Origin: Chrysomallon squamiferum
Taxonomy: Eukaryota; Animalia; Mollusca
Direction: 5' to 3'
Assembly (NCBI GenBank): GCA_012295275.1
Contig: CM022665.1
Span: forward strand, 10,850,001 to 10,914,000
DNA length: 64,000 nt
Shown here: positions 14,013-27,200 of the stretch, piece by piece
How positions within the stretch are numbered: the stretch's first letter is position 1
Layout: each line of letters begins with the position of its first letter
Notes under the pieces: generated by a model
The model's database searches: none
What the model saw: the letters and a program-made list of their open reading frames with translations, nothing else
What the model was told of the DNA's origin: nothing
Program-made: the position numbers and the translations under genes

Positions 14013-17000
14013 TACACATGCAGAGACACACCGAAACACGGAGAGAGCTAAACAATGAATTCAAATCAATGGTGTCTAAGCAAAATATTTTTTGGTAATT
14101 AAAATGTTTGATTCTGTATGTAATGGAGTTTATGATAAGAATCTGTGTAGGTCTAACAGTTAAGTGATTATAAGTTTGCCTGTGTAATGAGTAACTGATC
14201 CAAACAATTCTAATTTTATCAGTAACAGAGGTGGTCTTGGGCTATTTTATTTTTGTAACATACACAAAAGCTAAGTACTTACATACTACATAGTTATTAT
14301 TAAGCTATATGACATTATATACAGTTCAGTTTATTTACAAATGTAGCTTCTGTTTGCATGGGTCAATATTGATAGGTTTATGAGTCAATGATTTTAACAT
14401 TTGTATCATCAAATTGCATTAAAAGCAAATCAGTTTTATTTGCTCTTATGTTATCAGACTGGTGCATATTGGTGTACATGTGTATGTTTAAGACCATAAC
14501 AATAAATGCATAATTTATAATTATGTTCTGTGGTAAAAACAATGTTCAGACTTGCAGTGAAATGTGGTCTATTACTGGTATCATATTTGACTGAGACATA
14601 GTTCTAACTTCTATAATGAATTTATATATGTGTTTATCTTAAGGCTTTAAATACATTACAGAACTCGTGCTTAAGTTTAAATAATCCAAAAGTATTTCAG
14701 ATGTAGGAGCTATGTGTTAAATGTCTTAATCAAAAATACTTTTGAATTATTTAAACTTAAACATGATGTCCATTATCTATTTTAAAATATATTCATCTTA
14801 TGGCCTTAAATATATTAATCGGAAATTTTTTGGGATTGTTTAAACATAAACTATATGGACAATTCATAAATATTTTTAGTTTGATGCCTTATTATTAATT
14901 GTAGGAACTTCTTTTGGATTTTTTAAGTATTTGGCTAGTTAAATCATAATTCACAAATTAAGTAGCATTGGTGTATAAAATTAGGAATGTTAATAAAAGG
15001 GTAATAAAAATACAAAGACTAAATATAAAAATGAGTATTTATTATCAGTTTTAAAAAGCCTATTTAATGTTCAGAAGTTGTTTCCTTTATGTTGTCAAAC
15101 ATTTTGAATCCAAAATTATCAAAATTTACTTTAAAAGGTAACCAGTTATGGAATGCTTATTGGAATGGAAAAATATAATATGCTGTTTAGAGAATGCCTG
15201 CATTTATTTTGTAATAAAATGATAACATAAGATAAATATAAACTAAATCCTAGCAGGTAGAAAACTTTGTTAATTAGAGTTTTTTGAAAATACATTAAAA
15301 AAAAATATATATATATATATATTTAATTAAAAGATCATATCAAATTTATCATATTATTAAAATTTAAAATTTATTAAAGTATACTTTAGTTTTTAATTTT
15401 TTTGTTTTTTGGGTTTTTTTTAGGAAAAAAGAACTCATATTGAAAGATATGTATTGTAATATATTTTCATTTTATTTTATTTTATTATTTTTAATTTATT
15501 TTAAATTTAAGATACAATTTATTTGTTTTGTTTAATTCTTTTTATTCTCTCATTGTATGAATTATCTGATACGTGTAAGTATCAAAATGTACTACTTACT
15601 ATTATCTTATCCAGTGAAGCCTAACTGTCATTAAAAAAAAAATAATATACTGTATATTATGCTCGAATGGAGACACAGTTGTTGAGCTGGTTTGAAAATT
15701 AACACAGTATCACATTGAATTTCAATACACAAAACATTCAGTGTAGACATTATTGTGATCGTCTTACAGAAACTAGTATTATTCTTGACCGTAGTTGCTT
15801 CTAACAGTTGCTGAATTTTCACTCCTTTAATAAAAGACCATTATGTTTTGTTAATCATTTGGACAAGAGTAGAATAGCAGCTTGTGGAAAATAGACTGCT
15901 ACCTGTCACTTCTTTATGAAATACTTCTGTTAATTTTCATAGATATTAAGCAATCATCTTGTAATGTTTGGTGAAATGGAATAATAATGTATTGTTATAT
16001 GAATGTCACAGCTCAGGTGATAAAAAAAGTTACTTCTTTGTCCATTAGTGTATTCCTCTGTGTATATTGTAATGTAATGTAACGTGTGGTAATAGACATG
16101 TTGTAATGTATTGGTGTTATATTTTTATAAGATAATATGGAAATCAATTTAGACTAACATATAGACCTGCTGAAATGTTATTTGAATATATTATGTTAGA
16201 TGTCTTGAATCATAAAATTTCTCTAAAAGTAATACAGTAATCAGAAGAATAAATTGAATACTTTACAACTTAGGTTAATCTTTCAAAATAAAACAAACAC
16301 TACTACAGTTATTATTAATATTATTATTATTTTGTTTTAATTACAGATCTAATTTCAGTTTAATTTAAATAATTAAAAATTTGTTCTAAGCTATAACATA
16401 TCTGCTGTAAAAACCTGACTTCAACAATATAAGTTAAATGCATGCAGTAACCTTAGTACATTTATGGATATAGTACTGTTTTTTCATCTTAATAAACAAT
16501 AAATAGGTTTCTATAATAAAGACTATTAATGTATTTAATGTTAAAACATGTGAGGTTTTTTTTTCAGTTAAAAAGGAAGACTGTTATATGTGTTTGTGTG
16601 TGTGTGTCTCTATATCTGACTAGTTACACATATATACTATATGTATGTAAACATTAACACTACTGTATTAGAACAACAACAGTAACAAAAATAAAGTAAA
16701 AAAATGTTATATTTCTTTGTTTTGCGAAAAGACCAAGAAGAAATAAGTTTTGATAATTTTATATCATCTATACATGTGTCTGTAACCACTGGCTTCATTG
16801 TGGTTGTTTACATACTCAGCAGAGAACCTCAAAGGTGTATTTATACTCAGTATAGAACTATATCTGGTGTTTTCTTCCCTGGGGAGCATTCATTTGATGC
16901 AGACATTCATTACTTTGCTTTTAGTGACATATTTATGCCTCATTTTATCAAGAAATCCAGTAGAATAATAACTGACTGTTTTATTGATTAAGTTAATGAA

Positions 17001-18866
17001 GTTTTTCCCCCTTATTAACACCACAAATCAATTGAATGGATTATCATTGAATTGCTGGTCAATATCAGGGATTAGTTTTGTCAGATTAATGGTTAATATT
17101 CACTTTATTAAATTGATAATCAATAACCATTACTTAAAGATGATTGCGTAAGTAGGGAAATTATTATTATGTTCATTTTTTTTTTTACATTTTTGGAAAA
17201 TGTAAATATTTGTAATTTATTTGTAAATATTTTATTAAAGTGTAGCTGTGAAAAAATATCCCAGATATTTTGTGTATATTTATAAGTGGTATATTTTTAT
17301 ATAACAGGAGGCCAGACATAGAAAATAACAAGGTATGACAATGAAAAACATGTAGAGACTACTTTTTCTAAAATTCCATGAAACTATTTATAAATCAATG
17401 TAAAATAATTATAATAAATAATGTTCATGAGGCAACTTCAGTTTTGAAGTTTGTTACTGAGTCTAGCTATTATTCTCAAAACATTTTAAGTAGTAGATCA
17501 GAGATAATAAATTTGCATTTTACAGCAGATGTTATGACATGTTAAAATAGTGTTTGGTACATGGTATGCAGTGCCAGGCAAGATTTTAATAAGCCTAATC
17601 CTAATAAACTTTTCTTTTCTCCAGAATAATGATAATAATAATTTGAACAGCACAAAATTCATTTAAGTAAACAAAACATATTTACTAAAATTCGTTTCAA
17701 AATTTGATCCAAAAAAAAGCAGATGTCTTGAATCTGTGTGTTGTATGTTGCCAAGCTTGTTTTTATTTATTTATTTACTTTTTAAAATCATTTATTTATT
17801 TATTATTGAATATTTTACTTATTTATTATTGAATTATTTATTTATTTATTTATTTGATTATTTGTTTGTTTGTTTATTTATCTTTTATTCATCTGTTTGT
17901 ATTATTAATTTATTTTTAATTTATTTATATATTCATTTATTTATATTATTATTATTTTATTTAAATAATTTTTTTTCCTGTTTTTCTTTGCAAATTATAA
18001 ATAAAGAGATACTGAATAATTTGCCATGAGAAAAAATAATAAATAAAATATGAAAAACATTTAGTATCTCTTTATTTATATTTCCAAGTGAGAGAAAAAA
18101 TATGCTTGTATTCTTTTCATCTTGCTAATTCGTAATAAAAGACACGATGTGATGAAAAATATACCAAGATATTTGATTAAGGGTATAACTTGGTAATCAC
18201 ACACATTTCACAACAGCTAGATCCATAATTTAGCCAAATGACATTTTCCAGCAATAAACTTTGATGTCAAATGCAACCATTATTTATATAAACCATTGCA
18301 GTGTCAAAACACATGCTTGAAAACATCAAATCTGTATTTTACTTTGCAAATATTTGACTTTCTTGAAAGGTGATAAATTCAAAATGTCTGAATATGTGTT
18401 CACATACACACATACACATACATTTTTCTTTTTCAAGTCTGCCCGTCAGAGTAATCAGATTTTTTAATCTCAGTCAAATGGTGCGGGTAAATGGATATGT
18501 ATAAAGAAACTGATATTTTTATGGGCTTTAACTAAGAAGCTGTCGACCCATGTAATCAGTCGAAAGGCTTTGTTGTGTGTAAGATTCTTGATAAGTGTAT
18601 TGCATGTGTTGGGTATAAATGAAAGACTATGGAGGTTTTTTTTTGGTTTTTTTAGAGGGTTTTTTAGTGACTCAGTATACTTCAGCAAACAATCATATTA
18701 GCAGTCTGTTAGGTATTACTTACTACTATCAGAATTAATAGTTTATTTATTTATTTATTATAGTATAGTATAAAATAAATTATACTGGACCACCTAAGTC
18801 ACTGTACAAGAAGATAATTGTACTTTTTTATATTATTTAAATTTTTATTTTATTTTTTATTTTTTT

Positions 18867-18923
<57 letters not shown>

Positions 18924-21900
18924 TAACTAAAAATTAAATATATCAGACCACCCAAGTCACTATATAAGAAAAAATTTAAAAATTTTAATTTTCAGTTTCA
19001 AGCCACAGACAGTATATTTTCCTTAATTATTTCATTTATTTTATTCTATTTCATTTCATTTCATTTTTACTTATTTCTATTTTAAATTAATTTCTTCACT
19101 GTTTTTTTAATTACTGTTTTATTTAACTTTTTTAATACAAAATGAAATATTCCCATTTATATTCATCTTTTTAGATAATGTTTCTTTTAAACATTTATTT
19201 TTAATTTTTCCTAACACAAAGCAATATTTCCTCTTTATCTCTTTGTCTGATTTCATATTTTTAATTTTAATTTATTTTATTTAATTTATATTTTATTTAA
19301 TTACTAAAAAAATTTTGTACATGTATTTATGTGTTCTTTTATTTAAAAATTATTATTACTACTTTTATCTGTAGTAACAATATTATTATTATTATATTAT
19401 TATTCTTATTTTTAGTTTGTTTTTATGTATGTGTTCTTTAGTTAATAATGGCAGTATTTTTATTATTTTATTTTTTATTATTACTTTTTTTTTTTACTGT
19501 AAATTAATTTTTTATTGGTTTATTTTTTTAATATATACAAAATGAACCATTCTTGTTTCCCAAATATAACAAGATCATGTTTCTTGGAAACATCTAAATT
19601 TTCTAACGACAATAAAATTATAATTGCAGGTAATAAAAAACACCACATGTTGTCATAACTGAAAAACATTTAGCGAAAAAATAATTTAATTATAAAACCT
19701 AATTGTAGGAAGAATTTACACAAAATTATTATTTATTTCAGCAACATAAATAGATATGTTACAGAAAAAAAAATAGTGGTAAAATATTCAGTTATAGAAC
19801 AGATTGCAGGCAATATTTACATGAAACTATTTTTTGCTTTGGTAATAAAAATTTATATATATATATATATATATATATAAAACCTGATTTATTTTCTATT
19901 CTAGTATAAACTGTATTTGGGTGCAAGTCAGAAAACGTCATGTTAGGATCAGCTGAAAAAACAATAATAACACTTCATATAAAACTTTGTTTTAAAATTT
20001 AATTTTGAAACATTAAGCTACTGTAAATAGACTCCATTTACTCTCAAGATATCAATTACTGCAGTTTGCCCACCGCTATCAAGTGAAAAAAATAAATAAA
20101 GGTTTATTGCTTTAATAATCACTCAACACATTTGTATATGAATATTTTTAATTTTAATTTTTTTTTTTTTTTTTTTTTTTTTTTCAGGTGCTATAGCAGT
20201 AGTATTTATGAATTGGCTTTTGAGAGTTTATAAATTATTATTATTATTATTATTTTTTTTTTTTATATCTTTATTTTTATTTATTTATTTATTTTTTTTT
20301 TTTTGACAATTCAAATATGTTAATAATTAATCAACTATTTTTCCATATTTTTTTTCTCTTTCATTTTTTTTTTTCACAAGTGGGATTTGCATAATTTTAA
20401 ACAAAATGTTAAATTGAATAGTCTTAATTTATTTATTTTTAAATTTTCATTTATTTATTTATTTATTTATCTATTTATTTTTAGTGTTATTTATTTGTTG
20501 CTTTGCTTATTTATTTATTTATTTGTAGTGTTATTTATTTGTTGCTTTATTTATTTATTTATTTATTTATTTACTAGTGTTATTTATTTTGTTTCTTTAT
20601 TTATTTTTTATTTTAGTGTTATTTATTTGTTCTTTGCTTATTTATTTATTTATTTATTTATTTATTATATATTTACTATTCTTGTATTTATTTTATTTAT
20701 TTATCTAATTATTTATTTATTTACCTATTTATCTATTTGTCTACATACTTATTTATTACTTACTGTTATTATATTTATATGTGTGTTTTTAATATTTCTT
20801 ATTAACAGAGATGTCAGATCTTAGAAGCGATACTGAGAGAGAGCAACTACAACCAGTTTCAGTTTCTGGTTACTGTGATGCAGCCATCTTTACATCGAGA
20901 CTTCATGTATACAGCAAAGTCCTGTTTCCCAAATATTCAGTTCCAGCCAGTGAGTACTCACACCAGCAGGGAAGTGAAGGTAACATTTTCTTCTGTTATT
21001 GTTTCCTTCCACTAATTTAACAATTTTAGCTGCTACTCTTTAATAATAATAAAGTATGACAATGAAATTACAAGAATGTATTGATGCAGAAATTTGTATC
21101 ATTATTGTTATGATGATGATGATGATGATTATTATTATTATTATTATTATTATTAACATGACATCATTCAGTATGTTTAACTGAGGTTTTCTTATCTTTT
21201 CATTCATTTTATATTATTATTTATTTATTGTATTGTATTGTATTGTATTGTATTGTATTGTATTGTATTGTATTGCATTGTATTATATTATAGTTTAATT
21301 CAAATTATTTTTATTTTTGTTTTAATTTTATTGTTTTTAACAAAGATCAGTTGCTAATTACAAATAAAACAATTATATGCAAATATGCAAAAGGTATTTA
21401 AGCTATTTCCATCAATATGTAATGTTAATCTTCAATTAAATGTATTTTCTTATAAATATGGTATTTTAATTCAATATGAGATTTATTCAAGGGGGTTGTT
21501 TTGGGGTTGTTGTTTTTTTAATCTTTCAACAAGAAATAATGTAACTGTATATGTCCGAATTTAAATAATTAAATTATGTTATAGATTTATTAATTTTACT
21601 TAATTAAAATTTTAAAATCCTGAATAATTTTTCATTTTAAAATTTTATACAGGAGAACAAAAAACCATGTATTCAAATTTTTACATTGTAATTTTAAAAT
21701 AGATTTATTTTAATTTTCTTTATCAGATGTTTACATTAAGATTAAATAAATATGTTTAAATGATTTTTATGTTTTCTGTATTAGTAACACATTTTTAAAT
21801 TTCCATTATAAATCTTTTAACAAATGAAAAATCAACAACAAAAATCTAATTTACCTATAAGTTTTAAATTTTAAAATTTAATAAATTTTATTGATTTCAT

Positions 21901-22398
21901 TTATATAATCTTTCCAAAAATAATGTGTAACAAAGAGGATACAAATTTTATACACACTCAATAAATAATTATTAATTATTTTCCTATATATATATATATA
22001 TATTTCATAATTGCAGGCTAGACTGGAAAGAAAGAGACATCATAATTTTTTCCGGGTCAAAAGTGCTTATCTCCAGCTAGATGAAGATGTTAAGTCAAGA
22101 ACTAAGGATGAAATTGTTAAATTTCCAGACATCAGTAGCAGCAAGATTTTACAACTCAGGTATAACCCATATTACCAAACACTACAATTACTGAAAGTTA
22201 ATAAGTGTGTTTTTTTTTTGTTTTTTTTTAATAATATACACTAGACTTCACTGATTAATTGTTTTTAAATTTAATAAATAGTTTTCAGATAGTTTTGTTT
22301 TGTTTAATTACACCATCAAAACACATTGATTGATTTAATATCTTTGACAAAAGGATTTCAAATCATATTTATGTATTTACTGAAAAAATGTATTTATT

Positions 22399-22437
<39 letters not shown>

Positions 22438-23558
22438 ATTGTGGTGGTGGTGGTGGTTTTGTTTGTTTTTTTTTGTTTTTTTTTCTGTAATTAAAATATA
22501 CATGATGATGATGATGATTATTATTATTATTATTATTATTATTATGTTATATTATATTATTATCATTATTATTATCGTTATCATTATTATTATCATTATC
22601 ATCATCATCATTTCTTTTAATCAAAAAATATATCATACGTCTATACATTTTTTTCCAAAAATAGATCAAAATTGTAGTTAGAATATTTTTTAAATACTGA
22701 ATTTTTTCATATGAAGTTCAAAAAAAAAAAATAATAATAATAATAAATAATAAATAAGTAATAAAATATTAAAAAATATATAAATAATTCTGCTAAAACC
22801 GTTTTTATGTATTAAAATGCAAATATCATTTACTTTAAGGAAATGTGAATGGAAATATTCATTTAAAAAAAAAAAAAAGAAACAGAAAAAAATAATTAAT
22901 GCATTTACACAAGTATCATTTTATAAAATCACTGAGCAATCTCAAACTCTATTACAAAATGCATATTATATTTTCTATTTGACCCATAATTTAATTTACT
23001 TTATTTCCATGATAATTTAAAATTATGTTTAGAATAAAAAATATAGAATTTATTTTTATTTTTTTTTTTTTTTTTTATTAGCAGTACTTATTATATTATA
23101 TTTATTCATTTTATTTTATTTTATTTTATTTATTTTTTATTTTATTATATTTTCTTTTATTATTTTATTATTAATATTTATTTAAATTATTTTTTTTATC
23201 TTTTTAAACTGAATTAATAAAATTATCCATATTTGATAATTAAATGTTTAGACCACTTAGCACAACATGCACTTGAAAATATAATTTTAATCTTCTTCTC
23301 TTTTTTTGTACTATGAGAAAATGAATACAGACAGTAAAGAGCCTTTATTAACAGGACATTTATTTTCCATTTCTTGACAATAATATAGAAATATTTTTAG
23401 CCACTTATACAGATCTTTTGAATTTAATATGTGCTGCCGTCCTTATTAAGTAAACAGCAGTGTTTGAACAACTCAGAGATAAGAGACTGAAATAAGAGTT
23501 TCTAAAACACAGTATATTAATATCAGTCATAGCTGTCAGATAGACTTCTATAAATAGC

Positions 23559-23609
<51 letters not shown>

Positions 23610-23915
23610 CAGAAAGAGAGAGAGAAGGAAGGATTCTGATTATAAGTCATATTTTGTAAATGACTAAGAGATCATATTTAAATATATTTTTATTAAATAA
23701 ATTACATAACATGTGCAAATATACACATAAAGACACTTATGCATACCAGTATGTGCATGAACACAAAGAGATACAAACAATGATATTTGACTGCATTTTT
23801 CAGATTTAATCAAATGTAATTTTAATTTTTAATTTTTTTACTTCTGGATGATAGATTATTATTTTTTAAAATTTAGAATACCAAAATATTCATTTCCTAA
23901 ACTTAAAAAAAAAAA

Positions 23916-23957
<42 letters not shown>

Positions 23958-24215
23958 TATATTTTTTCAAATAAATTTTAAGGGTAACTCAGCACAGCTC
24001 ATACGTTCTGTTAATCTATTTTTTTCCAGTTCCAGATCTCTCTCTAAGTCAAGAAATGGTTTCAAACTCAATCTGCACCAGCTGTCTAAACTGAGTGATG
24101 CCAGAGATAAATGGCGAAGTGTTAACAGTGTTAGCTCTTGTCATTCTGAATCAGAACTCAAACATTATAATGCTATATCTAGGTAATATATAGATAGATA
24201 GATATAGATGTAACT

Positions 24216-24246
<31 letters not shown>

Positions 24247-27200
24247 GTTACAGATAAATAAATATAGATTTAGGTACTGTATCTCTGTCTCTGTATATCT
24301 CTCCTTCTTTTTATATCCATTTTTCTATCTGTTGACCTATTAAGTGTGTCTACATAAACACACATACATGCATACATACATATATGTTTTGACATTTTAT
24401 ACAGACTCAGTTACATTGTAATAAAAATAAAGTACAATTTTTTTATTTATGTTTATATAATATTTTAATATATTCCATTTGATTTTTTATGAAGTGTTTA
24501 TTATTATTTTTTTTTTTTTAAATAATGAACAAACTACTGATTTATCATAACTTTTTAATATATATATATATATATAAAAAAAAAAAATTATGAAAAGAAT
24601 CATTATATTAGCTTTATATTTAAATTTTATTTTTATTTATTTATTTATTTATTTAATCATTAACAAAAGGAACTACAAACCATTTTTGAAGGAAAAAAAT
24701 AATAACAAGCCCAAAAATTGTTCAGCACTTAAAATTTCTTTTTCAGTAAATAAAATGTAGGTATAGTTATTTAAATTAGGTAATTTATTTTGCTGGAAAT
24801 TAAATATATATTGCTGAGAGTAGATAATTTACAATCTGTAAATTTATAAATAGTAATGTTCCTCCTGAGAATTTAATTAAATTTTTTTTAATAGAATTAC
24901 ATTGTTATGATTTGATTTAGATTCTTTAAATATGTAAATAATAATCTTCTTACTGAGAGTATAAATTTATTATTTTTTAACTCTTTGAGCCATAGTGATT
25001 AAAACTTTAATCAAAATCAAAAGAAAAAACCAAAAATAAAAACATTTATACAAGTGTGATTAATATTTTTTGGGAATTATCAGTTGCTTTTTAATAAAAT
25101 GTTTTTTTTTATATGAAACTGATATGGCTGCCTTTATCATAGGGTTTGCTTCAGTTGGAATTTATTTGCCATAAATTTTTATTATTGATAAAATGTTATA
25201 AAATTTTATTAATTTTGAAATATTTGAAATAAAGGTTTATCAAGATGCCCATTCGTCGTCATATGCAAGATGAATCCAGTCTAGTATGGAGTACCAACAA
25301 CTCAATAGAAAGTCTAGCAAGGAATAGCATCAGAAGCGATTCTGTAATCAATTCAGAAAACAACAGACGACGGAAGTTAAAGGTAGACATGACTTTTCCA
25401 GTGTAAATGAAAATATTGAATATAGCTTAATGTATTTACCTTTTGTAGAATGTACCAAGAAGATACTGGCAATAGTGACAATATGTTGTTGTTGTTTGTT
25501 TTGGGTTTTTTTTTTTATAACTGTGCAAAAACATTTATTTTGTTCTTTGTTATTTAAACAAGAATAGCAACAAAAATAACCAAAATATAAATCATACATT
25601 TGTTTATTTATTTTTATTTTTTTATTTTTTTTTTTTTTATTTATTTATTTTTTTATTTATTTATTTTTTTTTTTTTTTTTTGTGGAAAAATTATGCTGGT
25701 TTTGTGTCCAATTTTAATTAATAACAAAATATAACAACAAAAAATGGGTTTAAAAATATTTTATAAGCTGCCATTTTTCTGTTGTCTTGACATCATGCAT
25801 TGCAGTCGCAGCAAAGTTTCATTCAGATTTGTTAGAAAAACACCATCCATTTACAGTTTTGAAGTACTAAAATGTTTATAACAGTATTATTTTACTGCCA
25901 TACTTTGTTATGAGAAGTAATGGATCACACAAAACTGTAAAATAATAACTTGGAAGTATAAAGAATTTTACTGGATCATTTATTCATACTTCCACATGCA
26001 CACTTTAATGTTACAAAATATCTAAAGCTCAGAGCAAAAATGTAATCATTACATATATGTACGTTGGTTTTCCAGTTGTGTTTGACTGGTATTTCTGAGG
26101 TACAAACCAAAGTATTTCAGAAAAAAGAGAGATTCCAGGTAAACTGAATGTTTGAATATTTCACCACCAAAATGCATTACGTTTAATTGTGTGATCACTT
26201 TATAATACTTCAGTTTTATTTATGAATTTTTATTTGATGATGTGCTAACACACTTCTTTTTTAAAAGTGATAGATTTCAAGGACACCTGAGTAAATGTTT
26301 GAATATTTAAGGAGATGCAAACACATATATTTTTATTTAAAGTGATAGATTTCAAGTTACTTGTGAAAATGATTGTATGTTTCACTTGCAGAATGTAAAT
26401 ATATATTTGTTTTTTTTTTGAGGGGGAAGGGCGTTATTACATTAAAATACTTACATTTATTTATGAAATGTTACTTAATGAGATGAAAATATATGTTTAT
26501 GGGTTTATGAGAAAAAGAATGAGAGAGAGAGAGTGTGTGTGTGTCCACATGTGTTTGAGTGTGTATGTGTGTATGTAGGTACGTATATATCAGAATGAAT
26601 CCATATATGTTTTTGTACTTTCAGTATATCAGGTTACTTCTATAAATGTTTGTATGTTTCATCTACAGAATGTACACTTTTATTCTGTGATAATACTTTA
26701 TATTTATGTTAATTTTTATGGGTTATTCAATTCATTTCCAAAATATTAGAATTTGCAAGTGATCCATGTTGCTGTGTTTGTTTGTTGTTGTTTTTTTCAT
26801 CTGTAGAACACACACCTTTAATTGCATCACAACATGATACTTTCAGTTATCTTTAATAATAATTGTTGTTTAATAAAATTACACCATATTTTAAGAAAAA
26901 TGTATTACTGTGAATCAAATCTTTCACCCTTGTTATAAGTTCAGTTTTCTTTGATGAAGTTATAATTAACAAGATTCTGTCACATTTGAGACTAATTAGA
27001 GATAATTTTTGTGGCTGTTTGTATGTTATACCTGCAGATTTAAATGTATGAGAACATTATAAAACTGATTTACTTGTAATTGTCTGTTTGGAATATACAT
27101 TATAATCTCTTGAGAAATGCATAGTTTTAAAAATATTTGGTTGTATATACAGATAACATTAAAATATTACAGTTTTATCTATGATAAATGTGACAATAAA

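Noticed and set aside
20160-20230. Strong poly-T + CAG acceptor in intron 1
   Set aside because: No convincing donor or coding frame follows; it lies next to a SINE-tail fragment.
20811-21020. ORF MSDLRSDTERE... as the F-box N-terminus
   Set aside because: Wrong frame; the phase-0 frame from 20809 gives the D-domain-like sequence and links to both neighbouring exons.
22388-22681. Poly-L/W/M/I ORF
   Set aside because: Trinucleotide microsatellites inside an intron.
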